Source of the DNA: Coriobacteriia bacterium
GTDB taxonomy: Bacteria; Actinomycetota; Coriobacteriia; Coriobacteriales; Eggerthellaceae
Reading direction: 5' to 3'
DNA length: 64,000 nt
NCBI GenBank assembly: GCA_030537255.1
Contig: JAUNOE010000001.1
Coordinates: 11,397 to 75,396, forward strand
The translations under genes and the position numbers were made by a program. Positions 25,773 to 35,243 of the stretch are shown here, in pieces. The notes beneath the pieces were generated by a model that saw only the letters and a list, made by a program, of their open reading frames with translations, ran no database searches and was not told the DNA's origin. How positions within the stretch are numbered: the stretch's first letter is position 1; each line of letters starts with the position of its first letter.

Positions 25773-26726
25773 ATGCCCATCAGAATTCCCGACACACTCC
25801 CCGCAACCGGCATTCTCGAAAGCGAGAACATTTTCGTGATGACCGAATATCGGGCCATTCATCAGGACATTCGTCCTCTTCGTGTGCTCATCCTGAATCT
25901 GATGCCCTCCAAAATCGAAACCGAGACGATGATCCTGCGCAAGCTTTCGAACTCACCGCTGCAGGTGAACATCGAACTGCTTCGCACAGAAAGCAACGCC
26001 TCGGGCAAGCAGATGGAGCATATGCGCGACTTCTACGTGACGCTCGACGAAATTCGCAGCAAGCATTACGACGGCATGATCATCACTGGTTCGCCCGTCG
26101 ATGCGCAGAACTTCGAAGACGTCGGCTTCTGGCCTGAACTGTGCGAGATTTTCGAATGGGCAAAAACGCAAGTCTTCAGTACCTTCTACATCAGCTGGAG
26201 CGCGCAAGCGGGCATCTACTATCATTTTGGCGTAAAGAACCGCCCCCTGGACATTCCGCTCCTCGGCGTGTTCCCCCACAAGGTGGTCAAGGCATCAAGC
26301 CCTCTGGTGCGCGGCGTGAACGACCTGGTGTGGGTTCCTCGCGCGCAGGATTTCATCGTCGACGCTGCCGACATCACGGCAAACCGGGAACTTGAGCTGG
26401 TCATTGCCGGCGACGATGCCGGCGTTTACGTGGCAAAGAGCACCGACAGCAGGCATTTCTTCGTGTTTGGTCATCCCGAATACGAGGGCGACACCTTTGC
26501 GCTGCAGTATCGGCGCGAAATCGAAGCTGGCGGCGCGCCCAAGATGCCACAAAACTACTTCCCCGACGACGACCCCACCGCCAAGCCTCTGGCGTACTGG
26601 CGCAGCGACGGACAACTGATCTACACCAACTGGCTGAACTACTACGTGTACCAAGCCACCCCCTACGACATCGACTCGCTGAGCATGGGCTTCCCCAACG
26701 CTGGCTCCGGCCGCTTCTTGTTCTAG
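25773..26726 (+). CDS. metA: homoserine O-acyltransferase (MetA family), nucleophile Cys replaced by Ser
   Basis: MPIRIPDTLPA, QDIRPL, LNLMP.K, GHPEY and NWLNYYVYQ.TPY motifs; ISWSAQA replaces ICWGAQA. Confidence 0.85.
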   Translation: MPIRIPDTLPATGILESENIFVMTEYRAIHQDIRPLRVLILNLMPSKIETETMILRKLSNSPLQVNIELLRTESNASGKQMEHMRDFYVTLDEIRSKHYDGMIITGSPVDAQNFEDVGFWPELCEIFEWAKTQVFSTFYISWSAQAGIYYHFGVKNRPLDIPLLGVFPHKVVKASSPLVRGVNDLVWVPRAQDFIVDAADITANRELELVIAGDDAGVYVAKSTDSRHFFVFGHPEYEGDTFALQYRREIEAGGAPKMPQNYFPDDDPTAKPLAYWRSDGQLIYTNWLNYYVYQATPYDIDSLSMGFPNAGSGRFLF

Positions 26727-26736
26727 CCAGGACTAA

Positions 26737-26833
26737 CCTCCGACGCCCGAGTCCGGGCAGAGTTGAGTTGTCAAATTCCTGATACTCCTGCTGTAGTTAT
26801 GAGCCTCCGATGCCCGAGTCCGGGCAGAGTTGA
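26737..26833. repeat. two 30-bp direct repeats with an internal palindrome and a 37-bp spacer
   Basis: CCTCCGA(C/T)GCCCGAGTCCGGGCAGAGTTGA at 26737 and 26804. Confidence 0.85.
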
Positions 26834-27333
26834 TCTGAGCTGACCACACGTTCAAGCAGGCTGCTACGAAAAAACGCATAGCCCCGGCGAGCGAGCGGCA
26901 ACAAGGGCAATTACTAGCACATACATGCAATTACGAATACGAGCAGGGTGCCGATGCGTTCAAGCACGGGCACGGGCAGCTAAGCGTAGGCCATCTGCTC
27001 TTGCGCAGACCTATGCGCACATGCACGACTACTCATGCGTACGAACCCAGACAGCTGCAAAGGTTCGCATAAGCACCGGCGTTTCACCCCGTTTCCGCTA
27101 CAAATGAGCACTTGTGCGTTCGCTCCCTAGAAATCGCTTCTTGTGCACGATTTCACGCTTCAAATCGCAAGGTTTTCACGCATAACCCCCGAATAGAAGC
27201 TTCTTGTCAGAAACGATTCTTGATAGGAGGCTCATTTTTTGGTTTTTGGCCAATTATTCGTCTGAATAATCGAACATGAGAGCCTATTTGCAGAAGCCAT
27301 AGTCACAGGTGGCAAAAAGTAGCATCCACTAGC

Positions 27334-27525
27334 ACCAATGAGGCACGAGAGATCGAAAACAGCCGAATCTGCCATTGGACCGAGGACAACAAGAAGCGGA
27401 AGAACCAATGAGGAACGAGAGGGCGAAAACAGCCAAGTCAAAGCCGGTCCAGGACAGACTCAGGGCCACAAGCCCAAAGAACCTTCCAGCAGACTCGAAG
27501 TCACAAGCCCGAAGAACCTTCCAGC
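27334..27525. repeat. local duplications (70-bp-period pair and 35-bp tandem pair)
   Basis: ACCAATGAGG.ACGAGAG..CGAAAACAGCC at 27334 and 27404; AGACTC....CACAAGCCC.AAGAACCTTCCAGC at 27456 and 27491. Confidence 0.8.
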
Positions 27526-27983
27526 CCGGTGACAGCCCACCAAAACAGCAGACTCTAAGCGACCACGCAAAGTCGCCGACCCAAGCCAATAACCCAGACA
27601 CAGAACCACCGGCGATCGCCACCGACTCAAACAACCCTGCAATGCGATCAAACAGTGCAAGCAAGGGGCTTACCAAAAAGGACTCGGCTCCGAAGCGAAA
27701 TCCGGAACCGAGTCCTTGCTCAGTTATAAGTTCAAGCATCCACGCAAAAGCTGCCGTTGTGTGATATCCGCCCACAGCCAGCGACTTCCCTGACAGCACA
27801 TTCAGCCCGTCAACAGCATTCAACCGTGAAGGATTCAGCACAACTGACGCCAACCAGCAACACACCAGCCAGCAGTACCAGCAACACACTCCAACAGTAC
27901 CAGCAGCACACCAGCAGCCGCTCGCACGGCACACCCGCAGCCAGTGACCCCTGCCGCCAGTGCGGTAGCCCGCCAGCAGCGCG

Positions 27984-29264
27984 TTAGTCGACGACGCGAA
28001 TGACCGAAGGCTCGCCTCCGGTAACGATGCCCAGAGAAAGAATCTCCTCGATGGCGGCGTTGATGTTGCCCTCGTTTGCGGAGTGCGTAATGAACACCAG
28101 GTTGACGTCCTCGCGCTGTTTATTGCCCATCTGCTGGACAGACTGCAGCGAAACGCCATTCTCGGAGAACACCGTTGCCATCTTGGCCAGAACGCCAGGA
28201 CGGTCAGCAACGCGGAAGCGCAGGTAGTACTTCATCTCCAGGGTGGAAATGGGAACGACAGGACAGTCGTCGGGCACGCAGTAACCGCTTCCAGCAGGTG
28301 CGCCTGCCTCGATGCGACGAGCAAGCTCGATGACGTCACCCATAACTGCCGAAGCAGCAGGGCCGGAACCAGCGCCTTCGCCAAAGAACATGGTCTCGCC
28401 GACGAAATCTCCCGTAACGTAAATTGCGTTGTACACGCCATTCACGCTCGCCAGCTGATGGTCCAGCGGAATCATCGCAGGATGTACGCGAGCGACGACG
28501 CCTTCGTTACCACGCTCGGTGATGGCCAGCAGCTTCACGGCATAGCCCATGTCGTGTGCGGTGGCCAGGTCAAGGGCGGAAAGGCGACGGATGCCCTCGG
28601 TGTGGACCTGGTCGATCGTGATCTTTACGTTGAAGGCGATGGCCGCAAGGATGGCAATCTTTGCGGCAGCGTCAAAGCCATCGACATCGGCCGTAGGATC
28701 GGCTTCCGCAAAGCCAGCCTCCTGGGCCTCCTTCAGAGCCTCGTCATAGGAAAGACCCGCCTCCATACGCGTAAGCATGTAATTGGTGGTGCCGTTGACG
28801 ATACCAATAATGGAAGAAATGTCGTTGGCGACCAGGGAGTGCTTCAGGGGACCAATGATGGGAATGCCGCCACCAACAGAGGCACCAAAACCGATCTCAA
28901 GACCATGCTCATGCGCATAGGAAGCAATTTCCTCACCCACAGAAGCCATGATGGCCTTGTTGGCGGTGACCACGTGCTTGCCATTCTGCAGAGCGCCCAT
29001 GATGACGTCCTTGGCAATGCCCGTACCGCCAAAGAGCTCGACCACCACATCGACGTCGTCAGCATTGATGACGTCATGGAAGTCGGAGGAGAACAGATGA
29101 CCCAGACCACGTGACTCAGCGGCCTCGGCCTCACGCGAGCAAATGCGTGTCAGCTCCAGATCGATGCCATAACGAGCCTGGAACTCGTCGTGATGCTTCT
29201 GAATGATGTCGATGCATCCGCAACCGACGGTACCGGTGCCACACAGGCCAACACGAATAGTCAT
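27984..29264 (-). CDS. hom: homoserine dehydrogenase with C-terminal ACT domain
   Basis: GTGTVG, VVTANK, NGTTNYML and EADPTADVDGFDAAAK motifs; AGGAGG RBS. Confidence 0.96.
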   Translation of the reverse strand: MTIRVGLCGTGTVGCGCIDIIQKHHDEFQARYGIDLELTRICSREAEAAESRGLGHLFSSDFHDVINADDVDVVVELFGGTGIAKDVIMGALQNGKHVVTANKAIMASVGEEIASYAHEHGLEIGFGASVGGGIPIIGPLKHSLVANDISSIIGIVNGTTNYMLTRMEAGLSYDEALKEAQEAGFAEADPTADVDGFDAAAKIAILAAIAFNVKITIDQVHTEGIRRLSALDLATAHDMGYAVKLLAITERGNEGVVARVHPAMIPLDHQLASVNGVYNAIYVTGDFVGETMFFGEGAGSGPAASAVMGDVIELARRIEAGAPAGSGYCVPDDCPVVPISTLEMKYYLRFRVADRPGVLAKMATVFSENGVSLQSVQQMGNKQREDVNLVFITHSANEGNINAAIEEILSLGIVTGGEPSVIRVVD

Positions 29265-29296
29265 GAATCCTCCTTGTCCGATTCTTTCTACTAACT

Positions 29297-30658
29297 TTAG
29301 TCCAAATCGCATGCCATCAAATCGGCATACGATTCGCGACGGGTAACCAGCTTTGCCTTGCCATCCTTGACGAACACGATGCCAGGCCTGGGCTGACCGT
29401 TGTAGCGGCTGCTCATGGAATGGCAGTAAGCGCCCGTACCGAACATGCACACGATGTCTCCCAAGTCAGGATCCTGAATGGATGCGTTTGCGGCAACGGC
29501 ATCGCCCGACTCGCAGTGCTTGCCCACCAGCGTGACCACCTTGGTACGAGGCTGGCCGGCTTTGTTGGCGATGACGGGCTCGTAGTCTGCACCATACAGT
29601 GCGGTACGCACGTTGTCGGACATACCGCCGTCAATGGCAACGATATTGCGGATACCGGGCAACGTCTTCAGGATGCCCACGGTGTACAGGGTGACGCCCG
29701 GCGTTGCTGCGATGGAGCGACCCGGCTCCACGGACAGACGCGGCTCCTTGACACCGTATTCGGCACACAGCTCCTTCAGGGCCGTGCAGGTCAGCTTAGC
29801 AAAGGCCTCAATGGTAGGAGGCTCCTCCTCGGCCACATAGGCAATGCCCAGGCCGCCGCCCAAGTCCAGTCCCTCGATTTCGTAGCCGTATTCGTCATTG
29901 ATGCGCTTGATGAACTGCACCATGACCTCGATGGCCTCACGGAAGGAATGCAAGGCGAAGATCTGCGAGCCGATGTGGCAGTGCAGACCAGAAAGACGCA
30001 CGCCAGGAGTGTCCAGCACGTCCTTGATGCACTTGAAGGCGAAGTCCTCACGCATGGTGAAGCCAAACTTGGAGTCCTCACAGCCCGTACGGATGAATTC
30101 ATGGGTGTCGGCCTCGACACCAGGGGTGATGCGCAGGTAGATGTCCTGAACGACACCCAGTTCCTGAGCAATCTCGGAGATGCGGTACATCTCGATACGG
30201 GAATCCACCACGATGCAGCCAACGCCGGCCTGGATGGCCTCGCGCAGCTCCTGCGAAGTCTTGTTGTTGCCATGCACGACGACGCGCTTGGCAGGGAAGC
30301 CAGCAGCCAGAGCAACGGCCAGCTCGCCACCACCAGAAACGTCCAGGCACATACCATGTTCCTTGGCCAACTTCACCATAGCCTTGTTCTGGAATGCCTT
30401 GGAAGCGTAAGCTACTTCGGCGCGATCACCGTAGTACTTCTTGAAGGAGTTGACGTACTCGTCCATGCGAGCCTCGAGGTCGGCCTGGTCAAACACGTAC
30501 AGAGCCGTGCCAAACTCACGAGCGACTTCAACCATGTCGCAACCACCAATGAACAGGTGGTCGTCTTTCACTTCGGCGGTCATAGGCAGAACACGCCCAA
30601 GCTCCATAGTGGTGCGGCCGTCTGCCTTCTTGTTCAGGTCGGATGCGGGAAGCGACAT
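29297..30658 (-). CDS. lysA: diaminopimelate decarboxylase
   Basis: YASKAF (PLP Lys), HCHIGSQ, EPGRS, HCESGD and GAY motifs. Confidence 0.96.
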   Translation of the reverse strand: MSLPASDLNKKADGRTTMELGRVLPMTAEVKDDHLFIGGCDMVEVAREFGTALYVFDQADLEARMDEYVNSFKKYYGDRAEVAYASKAFQNKAMVKLAKEHGMCLDVSGGGELAVALAAGFPAKRVVVHGNNKTSQELREAIQAGVGCIVVDSRIEMYRISEIAQELGVVQDIYLRITPGVEADTHEFIRTGCEDSKFGFTMREDFAFKCIKDVLDTPGVRLSGLHCHIGSQIFALHSFREAIEVMVQFIKRINDEYGYEIEGLDLGGGLGIAYVAEEEPPTIEAFAKLTCTALKELCAEYGVKEPRLSVEPGRSIAATPGVTLYTVGILKTLPGIRNIVAIDGGMSDNVRTALYGADYEPVIANKAGQPRTKVVTLVGKHCESGDAVAANASIQDPDLGDIVCMFGTGAYCHSMSSRYNGQPRPGIVFVKDGKAKLVTRRESYADLMACDLD

Positions 30659-30857
30659 CTCATCCCTTTCGTTTCTTCCCTGGCCTACAGACGAAGAGGG
30701 CCGACGCGCCAAAATAGCGTCTGGGCCCACGCTTGCCGTACGTAATCGCGGCCAGGGGTACTTTTGTCTATTAGTTCGACATGATACCTGGCTCGTCTTT
30801 CGGCCGCGTTACCATACGTTAACAATGGATTAATTCGCATGCGAAGGGATTCCGGCA

Positions 30858-31301
30858 ATGCTCAAGATCACCGTGTTCGCCGTAGGCAAGCTCAAAGAAA
30901 AATTCTGGAAACAGGCCTGTGACGAATACCTGAAACGATTGGGTGGGTACGCAAAGGTCGAAGTCCGAGAGCTTCCCGACTCCACCCGCGAAAAGGAAGG
31001 CAAGCTGCTCTTGGACGCGCTGCCCGAACATTGCCCCATCCTGCTGTTGGACATTCGCGGCAAGGAGCTTTCCAGCGAAGCCCTGTCCTCACGCATTGAC
31101 GCGCTTTCGCTCGGCGGCGACAGCCACATCTGCTTCGTCATCGGAGGCAGCGACGGCGTCACCGATGAGGTGAAGAAACGCGCCACCGAACGCATCAGCT
31201 TTGGGCCCATCACCCTGCCCCACAACTTGGCACGCGTGGTGCTGCTGGAGCAAATCTACCGCGCCATGAAGATCAGCCGTAACGAGCCCTACCACAAGTA
31301 A
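30858..31301 (+). CDS. rlmH: 23S rRNA pseudouridine-1915 N3-methyltransferase
   Basis: VGKLKE, FVIGGSDG and TLPHNLARVVLLEQIYRA...PYHK motifs. Confidence 0.96.
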   Translation: MLKITVFAVGKLKEKFWKQACDEYLKRLGGYAKVEVRELPDSTREKEGKLLLDALPEHCPILLLDIRGKELSSEALSSRIDALSLGGDSHICFVIGGSDGVTDEVKKRATERISFGPITLPHNLARVVLLEQIYRAMKISRNEPYHK

Positions 31302-31318
31302 GGAACGAAGAAGGTCCC

Positions 31319-32929
31319 ATGAAACCACTGAGCATTCGCGACATCATCGGCCCCGTCATGGTGGGACCTTCGTCGTCGCACACCGCAGGCGCACTGCGCA
31401 TCGCCAGCATGGTGCGCAACCTGCTTGACGAAGAGCCCGCCCAGGTTACCTTCACCTTGTACGGTTCCTTTGCCCACACCTACAAGGGCCACGGCACCGA
31501 CCGTGCCCTGGTAGCCGGCATGCTCGGCTTGCACACCGATGACCTAGCCGTTCGCGATTCCTTTGAGCTGGCCGAGCAAGCTGGTCTTTCCTTCATTTTC
31601 AAGCCCGATGCGCACACGAAGACCGCCCACCCCAACACCGTCGACGTAGACGTAACCGACCGTACAGGCAGTCATCTAGTAGCTCGCGGCGTTTCCATCG
31701 GTGGCGGCGCGGCCGAGTTGGCCCGTATCGACGGCATCGATGTCCACATCACGGGCGAGTTCAACAGTATGATCGTGCGCCAGCGCGACCTACCGGGTAC
31801 CCTGGCCCACATTTCGAGCACCCTGGGCAACGCCAACATCAACATTGGCACGTCCACCCTGCACCGCACGCGCCAGGGTGGCGAAGCCTTCACGGTCATG
31901 GACGTCGATGATCCCGTGCCCACCGAAGTGCTCGAAGCGATCCTGTCCTATCCTTCGGTCGAAGCCGTCCGCTTCATCCCTGCCGATGGCCTGCATCGCA
32001 AGCCGTCGGGGGTCGACGCGCCGCAGGTGGACCAAGATACCGCGCTGGCAATCTTTCACCAGCTTGACTTCGCCAACGCCACCGAGTTGCTGTCCTTCTG
32101 CGAAAAGCACGACTGCCCCATTAGCACCGCCGTGCAGCAGCGCAAGTTCGCCTTGCTGGCAAGCCGTGGCACTTCTGAAGGCGCGCTCGAGCGCTACCTT
32201 GAACGGGTACTTGAAGTCATGCGGGCATCGGCGCAAGGTCCTGTACGGAACCCCCAGGCATCCATGGGCGGGCTTATCGGCGGCGAGGCTGCCAAGCTCA
32301 AACACCTTGAAGACGCACAAGCGGGACTCCGTGGTGGCCTGATCACCGTGGCGACGCGTAATGCGCTCGCCGTGTTGGAAACCAATGCGGCCATGGGCCT
32401 CATCGTAGCCGCTCCCACCGCAGGCTCCGCCGGAGTCATTCCCGCCGTTCTTTTAGCTTTGCAGGAACGCCATGACCTTTCGGACGCATCCTTGAAGAAT
32501 GCCCTTAAAAACGCAGCGGGCATCGGCGCCATCATCGCACGCAACGCCACCGTCTCTGGTGCCGAAGGTGGCTGCCAGGCGGAAATCGGTTCAGCGACCG
32601 CCATGGCCGCAAGTGCCGCGACCGAGCTTCTGGGCGGCACCCCCGCCGAATGTCTTGCAGCAGCAGGATTCGCCCTGTCCAACATGCTAGGCCTGGTATG
32701 TGACCCCATTGGTGGCCTGGTCGAATCGCCCTGCCAAAAGCGCAACGCTGCAGCAGCGGTCAACGCCCTTTCGTGTGCGCAGATGGCCGTAGCAGGCATC
32801 TCCCAGACGGCACCCTTCGACGAGATCGTCGACGTCATGTTGAAAGTGGGGCGCGGTATCCCCTACGAACTGAGAGAAACGGCACTCGGGGGCATGGCTT
32901 CCTGCCCCTCCTGCAAAATGTGTCTTTAA
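31319..32929 (+). CDS. L-serine ammonia-lyase, Fe-S dependent, fused beta(ACT)-alpha subunits
   Basis: GPSSSHTAGA, GHGTD, ACT domain, APTAGSAG, GGCQAE, GLVCDP and LRETALGG motifs. Confidence 0.93.
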   Translation: MKPLSIRDIIGPVMVGPSSSHTAGALRIASMVRNLLDEEPAQVTFTLYGSFAHTYKGHGTDRALVAGMLGLHTDDLAVRDSFELAEQAGLSFIFKPDAHTKTAHPNTVDVDVTDRTGSHLVARGVSIGGGAAELARIDGIDVHITGEFNSMIVRQRDLPGTLAHISSTLGNANINIGTSTLHRTRQGGEAFTVMDVDDPVPTEVLEAILSYPSVEAVRFIPADGLHRKPSGVDAPQVDQDTALAIFHQLDFANATELLSFCEKHDCPISTAVQQRKFALLASRGTSEGALERYLERVLEVMRASAQGPVRNPQASMGGLIGGEAAKLKHLEDAQAGLRGGLITVATRNALAVLETNAAMGLIVAAPTAGSAGVIPAVLLALQERHDLSDASLKNALKNAAGIGAIIARNATVSGAEGGCQAEIGSATAMAASAATELLGGTPAECLAAAGFALSNMLGLVCDPIGGLVESPCQKRNAAAAVNALSCAQMAVAGISQTAPFDEIVDVMLKVGRGIPYELRETALGGMASCPSCKMCL

Positions 32930-33092
32930 AAGGGACCTCCGAACAAGGGGCGGGGCAAACTGCGGCATTGGTCACTCCCAGCCAAAACCACTCGGACGCA
33001 TCCAGGCAAAAGGAGCACCCAAGCCCTCGTGGCAAAACCCGGCCGGTCGAGCCAGGCTGCCGAAAACCGGAACAAAACCTGGGACAACAAAA

Positions 33093-33126
33093 AAGAAGGG
33101 AACGAGCATCAGCCCGTTCCCTTCTT
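33093..33126. terminator. bidirectional intrinsic terminator
   Basis: AAGAAGGGAACG / CGTTCCCTTCTT stem between convergent genes. Confidence 0.7.
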
Positions 33127-33183
33127 GCTTTTAGAGAACTCTCGGTCCCGTGAGCCTCAGGCCCCTTTGGAACCAAGAACACC

Positions 33184-34059
33184 TTACAGGTTGTTGAAGG
33201 TGTAGTTCTGGGGGTTAGCCTTGACGTCCTCACGCAGCTTGGGGTTCATCTTCAGAACGCCGCGACGAGCATCCTCGGTCTGGGAAGCCAGAACCTGGTT
33301 GCGGTTCTCCATCTTGATCTGAGTGTCGAAGGAGTTGTCAAGAGAGGTCTGCAGGGACTCCTTGGTCAAACGCAGGCCGAAGGGAGCGGAGTTCTTGATC
33401 ATCTGCTGAGCCATCTCAACCGCGGTCTCGACGACGTCCTCGTCGGCGACAACACGGTTAGCGAAGCCCCACTCGAGCAGCTCGGCAGCACCGATGCGAC
33501 GAGCGGTGGTCAGGATCTCGGTAGCGCGAGCGAAACCGACGATGCGGGGCAGGTAGTAGGAACCGGACATGTCGGTACCGGTCAGAGCGATGTTGAGGTA
33601 GCCAGCCTGCATCTTGTAGGACTCGCCCAGGACGCGCAGGTCGCAAGCGCAGGAAAGGGAGAGGCCGCCGCCGATTGCATGACCGGTGAGAGCACCGATG
33701 ATGATCTGGGGGCAGTTGCGCATGTTGACAACCTGATCGGAGCAGATGGTCTGCATGATGTAGAAGTCACGCTGAGCGCGGCCCATGTCCTCGGGAACCT
33801 CGAGGTTAAGGTCGTTCAGGTTGAAGCCAGCGCAGAAGGACTTGCCGTCGCCGCCCAGAACGATGACGCGGACGTCCTTGTCATAGCGGACGAGCTTCAG
33901 GTAGTCGTTGAAGTCACGCATCTGAGCGTAGGACATTGCGTTGAGGTTCTTTGCGTCATTGAACTTGACGATGTGGATCTGGCCACGCTGCTCGATGGTC
34001 AGGCCCTCAAAGTCGTAGTTGAATTCGGGCAGATGATATGCCTCCTGATAAACGCTCAT
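33184..34059 (-). CDS. enoyl-CoA hydratase/isomerase family protein
   Basis: SFCAGFNL, GHAIGGG and ACDLR crotonase motifs. Confidence 0.92.
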   Translation of the reverse strand: MSVYQEAYHLPEFNYDFEGLTIEQRGQIHIVKFNDAKNLNAMSYAQMRDFNDYLKLVRYDKDVRVIVLGGDGKSFCAGFNLNDLNLEVPEDMGRAQRDFYIMQTICSDQVVNMRNCPQIIIGALTGHAIGGGLSLSCACDLRVLGESYKMQAGYLNIALTGTDMSGSYYLPRIVGFARATEILTTARRIGAAELLEWGFANRVVADEDVVETAVEMAQQMIKNSAPFGLRLTKESLQTSLDNSFDTQIKMENRNQVLASQTEDARRGVLKMNPKLREDVKANPQNYTFNNL

Positions 34060-34149
34060 TGGCGCTCTCCCTCCATGAGTTGGGGTGCTTGGTAAACAAG
34101 TTCAATTGTAGATTTGCGTCTTGGGCAAATCAAGAAAAGCAGCGGGCGC

Positions 34150-34168
34150 TTGAGCTGAATCAGCTCAA
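34150..34168. promoter_or_regulatory. 19-bp palindrome, operator candidate
   Basis: TTGAGCTGA-A-TCAGCTCAA upstream of the crotonase gene. Confidence 0.55.
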
Positions 34169-34497
34169 TTTGATACCCATTTTTTTACATCTGTGGCATT
34201 TTCAAGCGAAGCTGCCTCTGCTTTAGCCCCTAAAGGATCAAACTGGAAAAGATTGAAGTCCCCAAGCGCAACTATTTGGGTGAAGTCGCTCGAACGAGCT
34301 CACCTGTCCCGCCAAAACGCCCAAACCGTCCGCACAAGGGAGCCCCATCCTAGGTGAGCGACGCCCCGTAAAGGCATTTGGAGCAAGCAAAAAGTCACCC
34401 GCCTGGCCTCGCGACGCACGGGACCTTCTTTCAGGGCTGAACCCAAAGCCATTCTTGGCTATAGTTCCTGATACGAGCCACTGGTCAAACTGGAGGA

Positions 34498-35094
34498 ATG
34501 AACATGGCAGATTTTTCGCCGACGCGCACCCACGCAAGCTGGAAGCCGCGCACCACGCTTGAGCACATCCCCTTCTTCATCTGCGAAGAATGCGGTCATG
34601 TGTACTCCAACCTCGACGACGCCCAGGAAATCACCCTGGTCAACGACGGAGAGCGTTCCCTGCGCATTAACCTGCCGTACGGGCACGAGCCTGTAACGCC
34701 CGAATGCCACGGAAAGCCCATGAAGGCGCTTGAGCCCATCAATTTTGAAGAGGTCGACGAGCGCATCCACTTCGACTACAAGATTCTGGGCGGTTACAAC
34801 AACAACTGCATCGAAGTCTCTTGGAAGGTCGGCGAGCCTGGCTGCGAACCCCGTTGGTTTGCCCTGAAGACCTTCACTGGCATGCAGATGAAGTACGTGC
34901 AGCCCAAGAAGTGGCCCCCGATCGTATTTGCCTTTGCCGACGAAGACGCCTTCGCCTATTGCGACCGCAACCCCTGCCTGGAGTGCCAGTTCCGCTGCAA
35001 GACAGGCATGGAGCTGTACTGCTACGTCCCTAAGATCGGCCTTGTCTGCCGCAGCATGGACCGCATCTCCATGGTAAAAGCAGGTCTCCGTTAA
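34498..35094 (+). CDS. Cys-rich metal-binding protein, desulforedoxin/desulfoferrodoxin-like
   Basis: FFICEECGH...ECHGKPMKALEP and CDRNPCLECQFRCK; GGAGG RBS (start 34498 or 34504); strong coding-type codon bias. Confidence 0.75.
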   Translation: MNMADFSPTRTHASWKPRTTLEHIPFFICEECGHVYSNLDDAQEITLVNDGERSLRINLPYGHEPVTPECHGKPMKALEPINFEEVDERIHFDYKILGGYNNNCIEVSWKVGEPGCEPRWFALKTFTGMQMKYVQPKKWPPIVFAFADEDAFAYCDRNPCLECQFRCKTGMELYCYVPKIGLVCRSMDRISMVKAGLR

Positions 35095-35243
35095 GGAGAC
35101 ACCCCACCTGGCCGGCAGCCAAAGCCTGGTCAGCCTCAAACGCAGAAACCCCGTCCCTCGCGCTGAACTGCCTTCCAAAACTTGGACGCAGTTTACGCAA
35201 GAGGACGGGGTTTTGTTTTGCAAATCTCGCTTTCACTCCAAAG

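Noticed and set aside
26737-26833. Bona fide CRISPR array
   Set aside because: Only two repeats, no clear leader and no cas genes; kept as a repeat and a low-ranked finding
27329-28210. 293-aa minus-strand ORF and other ORFs in the metA-hom gap
   Set aside because: Low-complexity translation of repeat DNA, overlapping hom out of frame
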